A DNA stretch of 64,000 bases from an uncultured virus (IMG/VR IMGVR_UViG_3300020465_000007) (IMGVR_UViG_3300020465_000007); one strand, 5' to 3'. Positions 40,601-49,580 are shown, counted from the first letter of the stretch. Notes: generated by a model from the letters alone, not told the origin. Translations and numbers: made by a program.

Positions 40601-43600
40601 ATGGAACTTTGAACCTTATCAACAGAGGTGGTTCTAATCATGGTTATTTCAATTTCTACTCTACTGCTGATGGTTCAAATTTAAAAACTATGTTACACAT
40701 CGATGCTCGTGAAGATCAATACATAACACCAACTGGTAGTGCGATATCATATAATGTTAAGGGTGCAGGTGTTGCTTCATTATCAAATTCAAATACCCAA
40801 ATGACAGTTTCAGGCAGTTATGTAATTTACCAAGATTTACAAGAAAAGACTGTTGTTCATAGTGGAAATGATGATTATCAATTGATGAAAACTTTCACAC
40901 CATCAAAAGGTGGTAGAGTAACTTTACAATTTGAGGCATATATTACATCTGGTACATATTATTGGGCATTTAGAATTGGTAGAAATGGTGATGGTAGAAA
41001 TGACAGTAATACTGGTGCCTATCAATCATACGATACACATTTTCAGGCATTACATAATAAACCATTTAGTGGTTATTTAGATCCATCAAATGCATCCTCT
41101 GTTCATGCATATAGAAAATATAATTTAAATATTAGAAATCTTCGTGCTGGTGAAACTGTTGATTTATATATGGTTTCATCTACATCTGGTGGTACACCAC
41201 AAACTGGTAATGGTCAAACATTATATTTGAAAAATTTTAAAGTTTTAAATGATGCTCCATCAGCTGAAATAAATCCAATTCACAGTTTGGGAAAATATGT
41301 TGGTATTGGGATCACAACCCCATCTTCTGAATTAACTGTAAAGTCTACACATAATGACCATCATCAAGTTTTTGAAGTATTAGATTATAGTGGAGATGGT
41401 TTATTTAATATTAGACAAAGTGCAAATGATGCTTTATTACGAGCATATGCAGATGGTGGAGTACAAAAAGTACAAATTCATACAGGTGGAGTTTCATATT
41501 TTACTGGTGGTAATGTCGGCATCGGAAATACAAGTCCTCCAAAAGCCTTAACCGTGGCTGGTGAGATTAGTTCAAGTCTATCTGGTAATAATAATTCAAC
41601 CTTTAGGTCTACGAGTGGTGGTGCTAGAATTATTTTAGACTCTACTACAAATGAAACTACAACTGGTATTAGGTTTGCAGAAGCTGGTGCAATAGAGGGT
41701 AGTATAATTTACGACCACTCTGATGATTCATTAGATTTTAGAACTGGCGGTGCTGATGCAACAAGAATGACAATTGATAATGCAGGCAATGTCGGCATCA
41801 ACAATACAGATCCTCAAGGTAGACTTCATATTGATGGTGCTACAAATGGTATAAACTTTGGTCAGATGGCTAGTTGGAATAGGTCATTTATGGGAATGAA
41901 TGTAAAGGCTAGTTCTACTAATGGAAGATTAACAAGGATTGCATCATCCACTACTGATTATCCTGTAGCGATTGCCTTTGGTTATCAAGATGTAGCTGGT
42001 TTTGGTAGTGAAGATAGTAAGGGTGGAATAAACTTTATAACGGTTGGAAGTAATTTAAGTGGTGATATTGATCCTGATACATATTCAAGAATGTATATAC
42101 ATAAGGGTGGTAATATTGGCATAAATGATACAACACCATCATATAAATTAGATGTAAATGGAAATGGTAGATTTACTGGCAAACTTTTCTTAAATGCTGC
42201 TGAGGCATTAGAAACAGGTGGAATAAGAGGACAGGCTTTTGGTGATCAAACTGGTGACTTTATACAATTATATGAAAGAGTAAATATAGGTTATCCAGGA
42301 GGATGGGGAGCAGCCGCTGCATCAGCCCCAGCACAGGGATTATCAGTATATGGAAGTGTTCAGGTAGGAAGAAATGGTAGTGGTGTTTTACAAATGAACG
42401 GAACTACCGTTATTGATGCTAGTAGAAATATAACAAATGCTGGAACATACAATGGTATTAATATTAGTACTTTGAATACTTCAGCTGTAAAAACAACTGG
42501 AGTTCAAACAATAGCTGGTTCAAAAACATTTTCAGGAATAATCAATTCTAATAGTCATTTAATTATGGCAGATGGATTTTCTATTAAGGGTGGTTCTGGT
42601 CAAGAACAAATTATTAATATGAGCGGCACTACTGTTAATATCGCAGGTGAAGGTAATGCTACTACAGTTGGTGGAAATTTAACTGTTGCTGGAACAATAA
42701 CTGCACAACAATTTATTACTGAATATACAACTGATACCGTTATTGCAACAAGTGGTTCAACAAACTTCGGTAATTCATCAGATGATAGACATGACTTTAG
42801 TGGTTCTTTAGCTGTAAGTGGAAGTGGTGGATTAACAGTTACTTCTGCACCATCAAACAATCATTTAAAGCTCGTTAGTGCTGGTACTGGTGGTAATGTT
42901 GCTATAAGATTTGATGTAGAAAAGACTGCAACAAATTATGTTGATTGGCAAATAGGAGCTCAAGGAATAGCGGCAAATGCATTCACAATAGGACATTCAA
43001 CTGGTAATGGTAATTTAACATTTAATGCGGCCAACACCGATTTAACCATATTATCTTCAGGAAATGTCGGCATCGGGACCACAAGTCCTGGCTCAAAGTT
43101 AGAAATTTGGCAAGGTGTTGGAAATGGAAGTTCTTATGATGTAATAAAGATAGATGGTAATACTGGTAACTATGGTGGAATGTGGATTGCTGGACAATGG
43201 GCTAATAGTCAACAAGGTCGAATTGGATTTTGGGGTTCAAGTACAGCTGCAGGGACTAGAGGTGTAGCATTAATAGGTGATGGTGGCACCACACCGCATG
43301 TATTTTTAAATAGTGGAGGGCAGCTTGGCCTCAACACTACAAGTCCAGTAGATAACTTCCATGTTATGGGAGCTAGTGCTGAAGGTGCTGTAGGAAGTAC
43401 TCATGCTGATAGTATTGCATTATTCCAAAATAATGTTAATGCTTCCGACCAATGTTTTATCACAATAGTTGGCGGTACAACTGGTGGAGCTGGTATACAT
43501 TTCGGTGATAAAGATGATAGTGATGCTGGTGTTCTAAAATATGACCTTTACACTGCTGGTGGTGGTGGATTTGAATTTTGGGCAGAAGGTAGTGAGAGAA

Positions 43601-46600
43601 TGTCTATATTGGCTAACGGAAATGTTGGCATCGGGACCACAAATCCTGGTAGAAAATTTGTTGTATCAACTGGTAGTGATACTTATGCACAGATAGAAAC
43701 TACTTCAGCAACAAATGATGCTTGGTTGAGATTTCATAATGTAGGTGATAATAATGAAGCTCTTAATTATAGAATAGGTAGAACACATGATGGAAGGCTT
43801 GACTTTGGTTTAGGAAATGGTACACATTTGATGTCACTTATATCAACAGGATTGGGTATCCATACACACCAACCCTCTTTTCCATTAAGTGTTGGTAGTA
43901 ATACAAATGAAGCAAGAGTAGAAATTGGAACTTCTGGCCAGACAACTTGGCAATCTAATGTTTATTCAGTACTTACAGTAGGTGTAAGTGGAAGTCATGC
44001 AATTACACAAGATGGTAGTGGAAATTCACAACAATGGTTTAATGTTTATGATACTGGTAATAAATACCGAGCTCATGCTGGATATGGTGCAAATTGGATG
44101 TATAATGTTAGTACTGGAACATTAGCTTTTAGAAATACAGACACAACTTCTACCGCAGGTTCACAAATTACAGATTTAACACCAAAATTTAGTATAGATA
44201 AAATTGGTAAAGTAGGCATTGGAACAGATACTCCTGTTGAAGCTATTACAATTCGTGGAACTAGTTCTGGTACTGATGGATTTCATTATCCTGCAATTGC
44301 TGGTTATACTACAACTACAAAACTATGGGCTTTGGAACAACATTTTGGAAATGAAGGAAGATTAGGGTTGTATTATGATGGTAATTTAAAAGTATTGATG
44401 AGGGCATCTGGATCTTCATATATTAATAGTGGTGCTACAATGAATTTTGGTGTTGGCACAGCTTCACCATCATATAAATTGCATGTTGTTGGTAGTGCAT
44501 TTGCAAAAAATCTTACATTAAGTGGTTGGAGTAGTGGAGATGCACTAACATTGAATTATGGTAATGCGACTGGTACAGTAGAGGCTGTAACATTTAGGTC
44601 TAATGGTGGTGTAAGTGGTAATATTAAAAATGTTCTTGTATCTGCAAATAGTGGAGATTTAATTCTTAATTCATCTACTAATACAAACCAATTAACTCTT
44701 TATCGTGACGGCAATGTCGGCATCGGAGATACAACTCCTACATACAAATTAGATGTTGCAGGAACTGGTAGATTTGTAGGTGATGTTACAATCGGTACTG
44801 GTTCTGATTCAAGACTAAAGTTTGTTAGTGGAACATCAAGAGCACACATCGGACCTGACCAAAATGTTGAACTACGATTTGGTTATGCAAACGCCTCTGA
44901 TAAGAATTTTTACCATAACACAACAAATGTTGCAAAAATAAATGGAAGTGGTATAACAGTTCCTAGTGGTAATATAAGTGGTTCATCAACTTCAACTGGT
45001 TCGTTTGGTAGAGTAGACCTACATCAAGGATTATATTTCAATAGAGAGGCTGCTGGTAATGCTATTTTTGAAGGCCGTGCTCATTATCAATCACCATTTG
45101 TAAAATTTGATGCATACAATAGAGGTAGGATAGCATTTGGTGCTGATGTTTCTAGTCAAGCATTCTTTTTACTTGATGGAGAAATGACTCATACATGGAC
45201 AGGTGCTGAACTATATGGTGTTCACATTAACACTAAAATGTGGCCAAATGTAAGTAGAGATGGGGTTGTTTTAAGAGTACAAGGAGAAATAGAAAAAAAT
45301 AGTAATGCTGGTGTTCATAATTGGTTTAAGGGAACAGATTTTAGGGCACCAACTGTAGGTAATGCTACTGCTACAGTTACAAATACTGCCACGGTTCATA
45401 TAGATGGTGCTATGACCGTTGGAACAACAAATAATTATTCATTGTATAATGCCAGTACCGCTGATTCATATTTTAACGGTAATGTCGGCATCGGTTCAAC
45501 AAATCCATATTCAGCTTTAAATGTCCGCGGAGCTAATGGTGCAAATGGTAATGCTAAAAGATTAGTTGCATTTTTTGATACAACTTCAGCCGCAGCAGGA
45601 ACTGGAGCTGGAATAGCATTAGGTGGATATACCAACGGAACTAGTGGGGATATAAATGATTTTGCTAATATTCAAGGTATAAAGGAAAATGGAACTGCTG
45701 GTAACTATGCGAGTGCTTTAACTTTTCAAACTCGTGCAAATGGAGCAGGTACTCAAGAACAGCTGAGAATTTCAAGTGCGGGTAATGTCGGCATCGGGAC
45801 AACAAGTCCTGGTTCAACACTTCATGTTCATAAAGCATCGGGTCCAACTTATTTAAGAATATCAGATGAAGCTGCAGCAAATGGTTTAGAATTTGGATAT
45901 GAAAATGGTGGTTTTACAAATGCTAGTATTTATAATAGATATTCAAGTAATGCTGCATCCGCAATATCTTTTGGATTTGGAACACCGAGTTCTGGTAATG
46001 TAGTGGCGACAATGCTACAAAGTGGCAATGTCGGCATCGGAACAAATAGTCCTGATACTGATTTTCATTTAGAAAGAACCTCAAACTGTACTATGCAAGT
46101 TGAAGCTGGTGGTTCAAATCAAACATCATTAATATTAAGAAGTGGTGGATTGAGAACCAATACCGATACAAGTAGAATATGGTTTCAAGGTGGTTCAAAT
46201 ACTCAAGCATTAATAGAAGCTCAATCTGGTGGTTCTTCTGCTATAGGTTCTTTAGCATTTCATACAAATGATGGTACGAGTTTGACGGAAAGAATGCGAA
46301 TTAGTAGTGTAGGTGATGTCGGCATTGGAGTAGCTCCAAATGCAAATTTCAAAACATATATTTATGATAATACTAGTGATGCTAATGCTTGGGTAATGAA
46401 TGTCTATCAAGATGGTGCTGCTGGTAATGGTGTAAGAATAGATGTTGATAGTACGGATACAACTGATTTTATTTTACAATGTGGCGCTAATGGTGGTTCA
46501 ACAGAAGTTCTTAATGTGATGGCAGATGGCCAAGTTGGTATTATGGATACAACACCATCATATCCATTAGATGTAACTGGTACAATAAGAGCAACTTCTG

Positions 46601-46917
46601 ATGTAATTGCATATTCTGATGAAAGAGTCAAAGATAATATTGAAACAATTGAAAATCCATTAGATAAAATAAAAGAATTAAGAGGTGTTTCATATAATAG
46701 AAATGACATTGAGGATAAATCCAAAAAGATTGGTGTTATTGCTCAAGAAGTAGAAAAAATATTACCAGAAGTTGTTGAACAAGATGATGAAGGTAAATAT
46801 TCAGTTGCGTATGGTAATATGGTTGGATTATTGATTGAAAGTGTTAAAGAACAACAGAAACAAATAGAGGAGTTGAAATCTGAAATACAGGAGTTGAAAG
46901 ATGGCAGTTCCAAGTAG
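37603..46917 (+). CDS. Giant tail fibre protein (3104 aa) with C-terminal peptidase S74 chaperone domain
   Basis: Many GNVGIG modules; YSDERVKDNI..I..PLDKI..LRGV.Y...IGVIAQEVEKILPEVV...VAYGNMVGLLIE + coiled coil. Confidence 0.88.
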   Translation: MAKDILIVPGSSNIHFSGSAVNDIKLETQDSGSVAFTSNSGSILTLTNSFTGSLFSVGDVSGVPILDVNSDDTVTLGQFSSPLKVFTNASSHTIISGSSTSTGSFGRLQATTIAGNSPLNIESPNLTGNVGIGATSPATELQIGDYTDAAETITIATSNEGTGRINFYDNNATEGGSIRVVGASLGSKMHFANRWNVDVDRVTFDLITGKVGIGTASPSSTLHVKSTSADGYIIAESSHAASSGILEARSVANRDSYVMFREGTSVKAQIFNDSSNDALVLTDGSNSNVMHIKGGKIGIGTVSPATNFHIHNASSYAHMQLSRPTDTTTIGFIGFKNNTGNNIAMIEGFSHNATAGKLIMGVNGTANAITVETSGNVTMPKNLTVLGSLTAQEFITELNTTTIIATSGSTKFGNTSDDTHQMTGSLKVSGSLTLQNGFSLTPTTSNYAQLGGWLNVGTIGLFSGTNGAHIYPNTASDYGAWRINGSKGGWGGITFEVGGVYNTLMSNASTMGFYNDTDNEWMISANRNTDVKLYYNGVQKLATSSTGATVSGNLRLDGGGNASDPLLTTLSDTNTGIYFPGSGKTGVGGTGGLVVENGGTFGGNVGIGTASPAQKFHVYGASDTFHRTDAGASSGIQYQLWHGGTQTATINSNTTNIFSIHDGAFGGTNVFNIKDGGNVGIGDATPTEGKLVVAGTGAYNTPPLHISMTDSSEWNHFVNMVDSNLTAGENGIIVFGQELDSKNAAWIGYKHRSDHGNDNQLTLGFWGANNLVNILPTGRMGIGTETPSQALHVVGNIAVGTGGIKLLTNGQLLEFGDGNVHIDRAGNSMNLHAYAGHIFSINGSTAMTIDNSGHLGIGATPSNLLQVGSHVHVTSAGLVGIGLAAPETDLHISNTSPAVRFTDENVSNLKHQIIGGGDAGLEYSADFNNVAAGYHRWDISGAEKMRLIESGDLGIGTSVPLNWLHMAQSTGGSHFNEGIRIVRGEFAGNATQYSIINNYNGTLNLINRGGSNHGYFNFYSTADGSNLKTMLHIDAREDQYITPTGSAISYNVKGAGVASLSNSNTQMTVSGSYVIYQDLQEKTVVHSGNDDYQLMKTFTPSKGGRVTLQFEAYITSGTYYWAFRIGRNGDGRNDSNTGAYQSYDTHFQALHNKPFSGYLDPSNASSVHAYRKYNLNIRNLRAGETVDLYMVSSTSGGTPQTGNGQTLYLKNFKVLNDAPSAEINPIHSLGKYVGIGITTPSSELTVKSTHNDHHQVFEVLDYSGDGLFNIRQSANDALLRAYADGGVQKVQIHTGGVSYFTGGNVGIGNTSPPKALTVAGEISSSLSGNNNSTFRSTSGGARIILDSTTNETTTGIRFAEAGAIEGSIIYDHSDDSLDFRTGGADATRMTIDNAGNVGINNTDPQGRLHIDGATNGINFGQMASWNRSFMGMNVKASSTNGRLTRIASSTTDYPVAIAFGYQDVAGFGSEDSKGGINFITVGSNLSGDIDPDTYSRMYIHKGGNIGINDTTPSYKLDVNGNGRFTGKLFLNAAEALETGGIRGQAFGDQTGDFIQLYERVNIGYPGGWGAAAASAPAQGLSVYGSVQVGRNGSGVLQMNGTTVIDASRNITNAGTYNGINISTLNTSAVKTTGVQTIAGSKTFSGIINSNSHLIMADGFSIKGGSGQEQIINMSGTTVNIAGEGNATTVGGNLTVAGTITAQQFITEYTTDTVIATSGSTNFGNSSDDRHDFSGSLAVSGSGGLTVTSAPSNNHLKLVSAGTGGNVAIRFDVEKTATNYVDWQIGAQGIAANAFTIGHSTGNGNLTFNAANTDLTILSSGNVGIGTTSPGSKLEIWQGVGNGSSYDVIKIDGNTGNYGGMWIAGQWANSQQGRIGFWGSSTAAGTRGVALIGDGGTTPHVFLNSGGQLGLNTTSPVDNFHVMGASAEGAVGSTHADSIALFQNNVNASDQCFITIVGGTTGGAGIHFGDKDDSDAGVLKYDLYTAGGGGFEFWAEGSERMSILANGNVGIGTTNPGRKFVVSTGSDTYAQIETTSATNDAWLRFHNVGDNNEALNYRIGRTHDGRLDFGLGNGTHLMSLISTGLGIHTHQPSFPLSVGSNTNEARVEIGTSGQTTWQSNVYSVLTVGVSGSHAITQDGSGNSQQWFNVYDTGNKYRAHAGYGANWMYNVSTGTLAFRNTDTTSTAGSQITDLTPKFSIDKIGKVGIGTDTPVEAITIRGTSSGTDGFHYPAIAGYTTTTKLWALEQHFGNEGRLGLYYDGNLKVLMRASGSSYINSGATMNFGVGTASPSYKLHVVGSAFAKNLTLSGWSSGDALTLNYGNATGTVEAVTFRSNGGVSGNIKNVLVSANSGDLILNSSTNTNQLTLYRDGNVGIGDTTPTYKLDVAGTGRFVGDVTIGTGSDSRLKFVSGTSRAHIGPDQNVELRFGYANASDKNFYHNTTNVAKINGSGITVPSGNISGSSTSTGSFGRVDLHQGLYFNREAAGNAIFEGRAHYQSPFVKFDAYNRGRIAFGADVSSQAFFLLDGEMTHTWTGAELYGVHINTKMWPNVSRDGVVLRVQGEIEKNSNAGVHNWFKGTDFRAPTVGNATATVTNTATVHIDGAMTVGTTNNYSLYNASTADSYFNGNVGIGSTNPYSALNVRGANGANGNAKRLVAFFDTTSAAAGTGAGIALGGYTNGTSGDINDFANIQGIKENGTAGNYASALTFQTRANGAGTQEQLRISSAGNVGIGTTSPGSTLHVHKASGPTYLRISDEAAANGLEFGYENGGFTNASIYNRYSSNAASAISFGFGTPSSGNVVATMLQSGNVGIGTNSPDTDFHLERTSNCTMQVEAGGSNQTSLILRSGGLRTNTDTSRIWFQGGSNTQALIEAQSGGSSAIGSLAFHTNDGTSLTERMRISSVGDVGIGVAPNANFKTYIYDNTSDANAWVMNVYQDGAAGNGVRIDVDSTDTTDFILQCGANGGSTEVLNVMADGQVGIMDTTPSYPLDVTGTIRATSDVIAYSDERVKDNIETIENPLDKIKELRGVSYNRNDIEDKSKKIGVIAQEVEKILPEVVEQDDEGKYSVAYGNMVGLLIESVKEQQKQIEELKSEIQELKDGSSK

Positions 46918-47884
46918 TGGAGAAATAAGTTTATTGGGTATTTGGTCAGAAAAAAATGAAAGCGATTATACTGCAATGAGTGCAGATGGTGAGAATGCTT
47001 TTAGTTTAAGAGGTTTATCTGATGATGGAGAAGATGATAGTCTTTCAATGGGACAAATAAATTTAAATCCAAGAAACATTTCTGCTAATAGACCAAACCA
47101 ATCTGCTCCACACGCTATGAGTGAATTTTATAGTTATGATCATGATGAGGCCAGTATTGCTGGATTTATGGTAGATGACTTTAAAGGAACACCAACATCA
47201 ACAAGAGCTAATTTTAATTCCACTACTTTATCAGATAGTTTAACTTCTGGTGATGCAAGTGGTGATGCAAATGGACATAGTACATCAACAAGACCATTGT
47301 GGACAACATTAGGTGCTGCTACAGCTCATACAAGTGATGACTATATAAGAATGGGTTCTACATCAAATAGTAATCATTCACAATGGAGAACTACACAGGT
47401 AGACCAAAGAGATGGTGCTAGTGCTTCAAGTATTAGTGTTGGTAGTGTACAATTTGTATGGGAATTTAGTTTTTATATTGCCAGTGGTGGTAATAAGGAT
47501 TTAAGATTTGTATTAGAGGCTGGTTCAAGTGTTCCTACGGGTACTTGGAATAGTGGTGGCAGTAATTTTAAAATATATGCATTTACATTTGATGATGCTA
47601 GTGGATATATAAGATGGCAAAGGTGGTCTACTTCTGGTACACAAACAACTGTTAATCAGACAGCAAATAGTGTATTTTCATATGATGCCTATCAAACTTG
47701 TAAGATAACAAGACTTACAAGTGGTAGGTGGAAATTAGAAATAGATGGTAGTACTGCTATTAATGGTGTTTCAGAAGGAACTAATAATTATACACAATTC
47801 TATGGATACAGATTTTGGACAGCAAAAAGTGGTAATGCTAGTACTGAAAATAGAGTTGATTATTTTAAAACTTATACCGAATAG
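46901..47884 (+). CDS. Fibre-associated protein (MAVPSSGEISL N-terminus, possible lectin-like C-terminal domain)
   Basis: Overlaps the S74 gene; N-terminal PSSG.ISL...P.AMSEFYSY pattern recalled from genes following S74 fibres. Confidence 0.7.
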   Translation: MAVPSSGEISLLGIWSEKNESDYTAMSADGENAFSLRGLSDDGEDDSLSMGQINLNPRNISANRPNQSAPHAMSEFYSYDHDEASIAGFMVDDFKGTPTSTRANFNSTTLSDSLTSGDASGDANGHSTSTRPLWTTLGAATAHTSDDYIRMGSTSNSNHSQWRTTQVDQRDGASASSISVGSVQFVWEFSFYIASGGNKDLRFVLEAGSSVPTGTWNSGGSNFKIYAFTFDDASGYIRWQRWSTSGTQTTVNQTANSVFSYDAYQTCKITRLTSGRWKLEIDGSTAINGVSEGTNNYTQFYGYRFWTAKSGNASTENRVDYFKTYTE

Positions 47885-47892
47885 GAAATACA

Positions 47893-48141
47893 ATGCCTTA
47901 TACAGATAATTATGAAGAACATTTTGGTAAAGGAGTTTTAGCAAGAGTTCAATATAAAGAAATTGATGAAGATTATGAAATCAACATAGGACATGAGATA
48001 AACTTTGGTTGTGCTTCACGGTTATTGAATGATATAGATAGTGATAAGATTGGTTTGGTATTTTTTGAAACATCAGATACAACTATGATAAATCAAATAA
48101 AAAATCATAGTGATTTGATAGAACACATTAAAACTTATTAA
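47893..48141 (+). CDS. Hypothetical protein
   Basis: 82 aa ORF with AGGA upstream, filling the gap between neighbours. Confidence 0.6.
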   Translation: MPYTDNYEEHFGKGVLARVQYKEIDEDYEINIGHEINFGCASRLLNDIDSDKIGLVFFETSDTTMINQIKNHSDLIEHIKTY

Positions 48142-48155
48142 AATAAGGGATTATA

Positions 48156-48848
48156 ATGGCATTTCATAACGGTAATAAAAAAGAAATCGTAAAAACAGGA
48201 TTAGTATTTTATTTTGATCCATTAGATGCTCTTGCATATCCAAGTGGTACATCTGTTAAGGCATATCAACCATTTGAATCAACAGATGTGATTGCTGGAA
48301 CAATGACCAATACACCAATTCATAAGAGTTCTATTGGTTATTATGAATATGATGATGTTGATCATACTACATGGACAAATGTCCAAAATTTACCAATAGG
48401 TAGTGAAGCAAGAACATTAGAACATTGGATTAGACCACATAGTTTAACTAATTATCCACAAGGTATAAATTATGGTAGTCTTAGTAGTAATCAATGGTGT
48501 GCTTTATATTTTTATCAAAGTAAAATATATTCTGCTTTTTATTCTAATGATATACAAGGTACTACAACACTTTCTACAAATACTTGGTATCATATAGCTA
48601 TGACTTATGAGGGTGGAACTGGTGCAAGAAAAGTATATTTAAATGGAGCTGTAGACCAAACACAAAATAGTATAACTGCAACTAATACAGCATCAACAAC
48701 GACAGTTAGGATTGCTGCCAGAGTAGATGATGATACTAATTCAAGACTTGATGGTGATATTGGTTGTTCAAGAATTTATAATAGGGCTCTAAGTGCAGCA
48801 GAGATATTAAAAAATTTTACAAAAGAAAGAAGTAGGTTCGGAGTATAA
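48156..48848 (+). CDS. LamG/concanavalin A-like domain protein 5
   Basis: GLVFYFD, WYHIAMTY, YLNG, IYNRALSAAEI..NF...RFGV. Confidence 0.82.
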   Translation: MAFHNGNKKEIVKTGLVFYFDPLDALAYPSGTSVKAYQPFESTDVIAGTMTNTPIHKSSIGYYEYDDVDHTTWTNVQNLPIGSEARTLEHWIRPHSLTNYPQGINYGSLSSNQWCALYFYQSKIYSAFYSNDIQGTTTLSTNTWYHIAMTYEGGTGARKVYLNGAVDQTQNSITATNTASTTTVRIAARVDDDTNSRLDGDIGCSRIYNRALSAAEILKNFTKERSRFGV

Positions 48849-48850
48849 TT

Positions 48851-49537
48851 ATGGCAGTGATAGGCGGAACAAATATAGAAGGTGATGGTTTAACTTTTGC
48901 AGTAGATGTTTTAAGTGAAAATTGTTATCCTGGTAGTGGAACTACCGTTACAGATTTGATGGGTAGTAGAAGTGGTACATTGACTAATGGTCCAACAATA
49001 GGAACTTCTCCAACTAAACATATAAACTTTGATGGTAGTAATGATTATCTTCTTTATAGTAATTACATACCATCAGAACTAACAACTAATTCATATTCTT
49101 TGGAATTTTGGTTTACAAATAATGCTGGTGGTGGATATGAAGGAATTTTTGGAATACCATCTGGTTTTCAAATATATTCTAGAGGTAGTAAATTAGAAAT
49201 TTATCAAAGTAATAATGGTGGTGGTACTTATAATGTAGTAAATGGTAGTACAAACAGTACATCTTTAGGTTCAGAGGGAGACTGGAATTGTGCTGTTTTA
49301 CATAGAAGTGGAACAACTATTACTTTTTTTATAAATGGTGCAGCTGACGGTCAAGTAACAAGTGTGAGTGATAATATGGGAGTAGGTAGTGCAACTGATA
49401 TGTTAATTGGATCGTATTCTACGACTGCATATCGTTATGGTGGATTATTAGGACCAGTTCGTATATACAATAGAGCTTTAACAGTAGCTGAGATAAATCA
49501 AAATTTCAATCAACAAAGAAGAAGATTTGGAATATAA
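48851..49537 (+). CDS. LamG/concanavalin A-like domain protein 6
   Basis: DGL.FAVD, CYPGSGTT..DL, FDGSNDY, IYNRALT.AEI.QNF...RFGI. Confidence 0.82.
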   Translation: MAVIGGTNIEGDGLTFAVDVLSENCYPGSGTTVTDLMGSRSGTLTNGPTIGTSPTKHINFDGSNDYLLYSNYIPSELTTNSYSLEFWFTNNAGGGYEGIFGIPSGFQIYSRGSKLEIYQSNNGGGTYNVVNGSTNSTSLGSEGDWNCAVLHRSGTTITFFINGAADGQVTSVSDNMGVGSATDMLIGSYSTTAYRYGGLLGPVRIYNRALTVAEINQNFNQQRRRFGI

Positions 49538-49551
49538 AAATTAAAACTTTT

Positions 49552-49559
49552 ATATTTAT
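49552..49559 (+). promoter_or_regulatory. ATATTTAT putative late-promoter motif
   Basis: Intergenic, before SD AAGGAG and ATG at 49581. Confidence 0.5.
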
Positions 49560-49580
49560 TAGTAATAAGGAGATTTAACA

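Larger units (their letters stand above)
26300..46040 (+). repeat. Dispersed in-frame direct repeat GTCGGCATCGG (20 exact copies)
   Basis: Starts at 26300, 27248, 28820, 29141, 29336, 30157, 30481, 30754, 31585, 31828, 32812, 34129, 37990, 39415, 41515, 43066, 44716, 45484, 45787, 46030. Confidence 0.92.

Noticed and set aside
26300..46040. GTCGGCATCGG repeats as a CRISPR array or invertible shufflon
   Set aside because: Repeat is too short, spacing is 195 nt to kilobases, it is in frame within ORFs, and no cas genes are present; copies I saw are all direct and no invertase is in the window.
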